Source: Macrostomum hystrix (taxonomy: Eukaryota; Animalia; Platyhelminthes). From it: a DNA stretch of 64,000 bases. Shown piece after piece: positions 62,401 through 64,000 of this stretch. The stretch spans positions 19,220,001-19,284,000 of the forward strand of contig CATNEN010000001.1 of the NCBI GenBank assembly GCA_950097015.1. The letters are read 5' to 3'. The number at the start of each line of letters is the position of its first letter. Position 1 is the stretch's first letter. A program made the translations under genes and the position numbers. The notes under the pieces are model-generated. The model searched no databases, had not been told where the DNA came from, and was given only the letters and a program-made list of their open reading frames with translations.

Positions 62401-64000
62401 TGATCTCAGATTTGTAGGCTAATGAGCATTCATTAGTGTGAGGTCATGAGCACAGATTTGTAGGCTAATGAGCATTCATTAGTGTGAGGTCATGAGCACA
62501 GATTTGTAGGCTAATGAGCATTCATTAGTGTGAGGTCATGATCTCAGATTTGTAGGCTAATGAGCATTCATTAGTGTGAGGTCATGAGCACAGATTTGTA
62601 GGCTAATGAGCATTCATTAGTGTGAGGTCATGATCTCAGATTTGTAGGCTAATCAGCATTCATTAGTGTGAGGTCATGATCACAGATTTGTAGGCTAATG
62701 AGCATTCATTAGTGTGAGGTCATGATCACAGATTTGTAGGCTAATCAGCATTCATTAGTGTGAGGTCATGATCACAGATTTGTAGGCTAATGAGCATTCA
62801 TTAGTGTGAGGTCATGAGCACAGATTTGTAGGCTAATGAGCATTCATTAGTGTGAGGTCATGAGCACAGATTTGTAGGCTAATGAGCATTCATTAGTGTG
62901 AGGTCATGAGCACAGATTTGTAGGCTAATGAGCATTCATTAGTGTGAGGTCATGAGCACAGATTTGTAGGCTAATGAGCATTCATTAGTGTGAGGTCATT
63001 AGCACAGATTTGTAGGCTAATGAGCATTCATTAGTGTGAGGTCATGAGCACAGATTTGTAGGCTAATCAGCATTCATTAGTGTGAGGTCATGATCACAGA
63101 TTTGTAGGCTAATGAGCATTCATTAGTGTGAGGTCATGAGCACAGATTTGTAGGCTAATGAGCATTCATTAGTGTGAGGTCATGAGCACAGATTTGTAGG
63201 CTAATGAGCATTCATTAGTGTGAGGTCATGAGCACAGATTTGTAGGCTAATGAGCATTCATTAGTGTGAGGTCATGAGCACAGATTTGTAGGCTAATGAG
63301 CATTCATTAGTGTGAGGTCATGAGCACAGATTTGTAGGCTAATCAGCATTCATTAGTGTGAGGTCATGATCACAGATTTGTAGGCTAATGAGCATTCATT
63401 AGTGTGAGGTCATGAGCACAGATTTGTAGGCTAATCAGCATTCATTAGTGTGAGGTCATGAGCACAGATTTGTAGGCTAATGAGCATTCATTAGTGTGAG
63501 GTCATGATCTCAGATTTGTAGGCTAATGAGCATTCATTAGTGTGAGGTCATGAGCACAGATTTGTAGGCTAATCAGCATTCATTAGTGTGAGGTCATGAG
63601 CACAGATTTGTAGGCTAATGAGCATTCATTAGTGTGAGGTCATGAGCGCAGATTTGTAGGCTAATGAGCATTCATTAGTGTGAGGTCATGAGCACAGATT
63701 TGTAGGCTAATGAGCATTCATTAGTGTGAGGTCATGATCTCAGATTTGTAGGCTAATGAGCATTCATTAGTGTGAGGTCATGATCACAGATTTGTAGGCT
63801 AATCAGCATTCATTAGTGTGAGGTCATGAGCACAGATTTGTAGGCTAATGAGCATTCATTAGTGTGAGGTCATGATCTCAGATTTGTAGGCTAATGAGCA
63901 TTCATTAGTGTGAGGTCATGAGCACAGATTTGTAGGCTAATGAGCATTCATTAGTGTGAGGTCATGAGCACAGATTTGTAGGCTAATGAGCATTCATTAG
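44442..64000. repeat. 46-bp satellite array (gtgtgaggtcatgagcacagatttgtaggctaatgagcattcatta), at least 19.5 kb, about 425 copies, continues beyond the window
   Basis: 46-bp period with only a few recurrent substitution variants (gagcac/gatcac/gatctc/tagcac/gagcgc; taatga/taatca). Confidence 0.99.

Noticed and set aside
44442-64000. 46-bp palindromic repeat array as a CRISPR array
   Set aside because: Units are directly adjacent with no unique spacers, there are no cas genes, and the context is eukaryotic.

Overview
Eukaryotic (animal, invertebrate-type) genomic DNA with GT-AG spliced genes whose introns are mostly filled by locus-specific minisatellites. The style resembles the flatworm Macrostomum, but that is an inference. 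From left to right: (1) a minus-strand ORF missing from the ORF track, with a signal peptide followed by (Thr-Ala-Ala-Thr-Arg-Ala)n repeats, running off the window start; (2) a head-to-head pair of paralogous small secreted prepro-peptide genes separated by a GA-rich minisatellite; (3) a 4-exon, 936-aa ankyrin-repeat + Mab-21/cGAS-like nucleotidyltransferase (cGLR-like) gene with intact catalytic motifs; (4) an internally deleted Helitron with both termini, a decayed Pif1 helicase fragment and a nested hAT-type MITE with an 8-bp TSD; (5) two tandem paralogous multi-exon genes encoding an unrecognised Cys/His (atypical zinc-finger) protein family, the second carrying about 750 aa of 16-residue repeats; (6) an ACBD5-like gene with an intronless CDS; (7) a Tctex-1/DYNLT dynein light chain gene; (8) at least 19.5 kb of a 46-bp hairpin-containing satellite with higher-order duplications, continuing past the window end. 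Exon structures were derived by hand from splice motifs and frame/phase consistency. No database searches were run.
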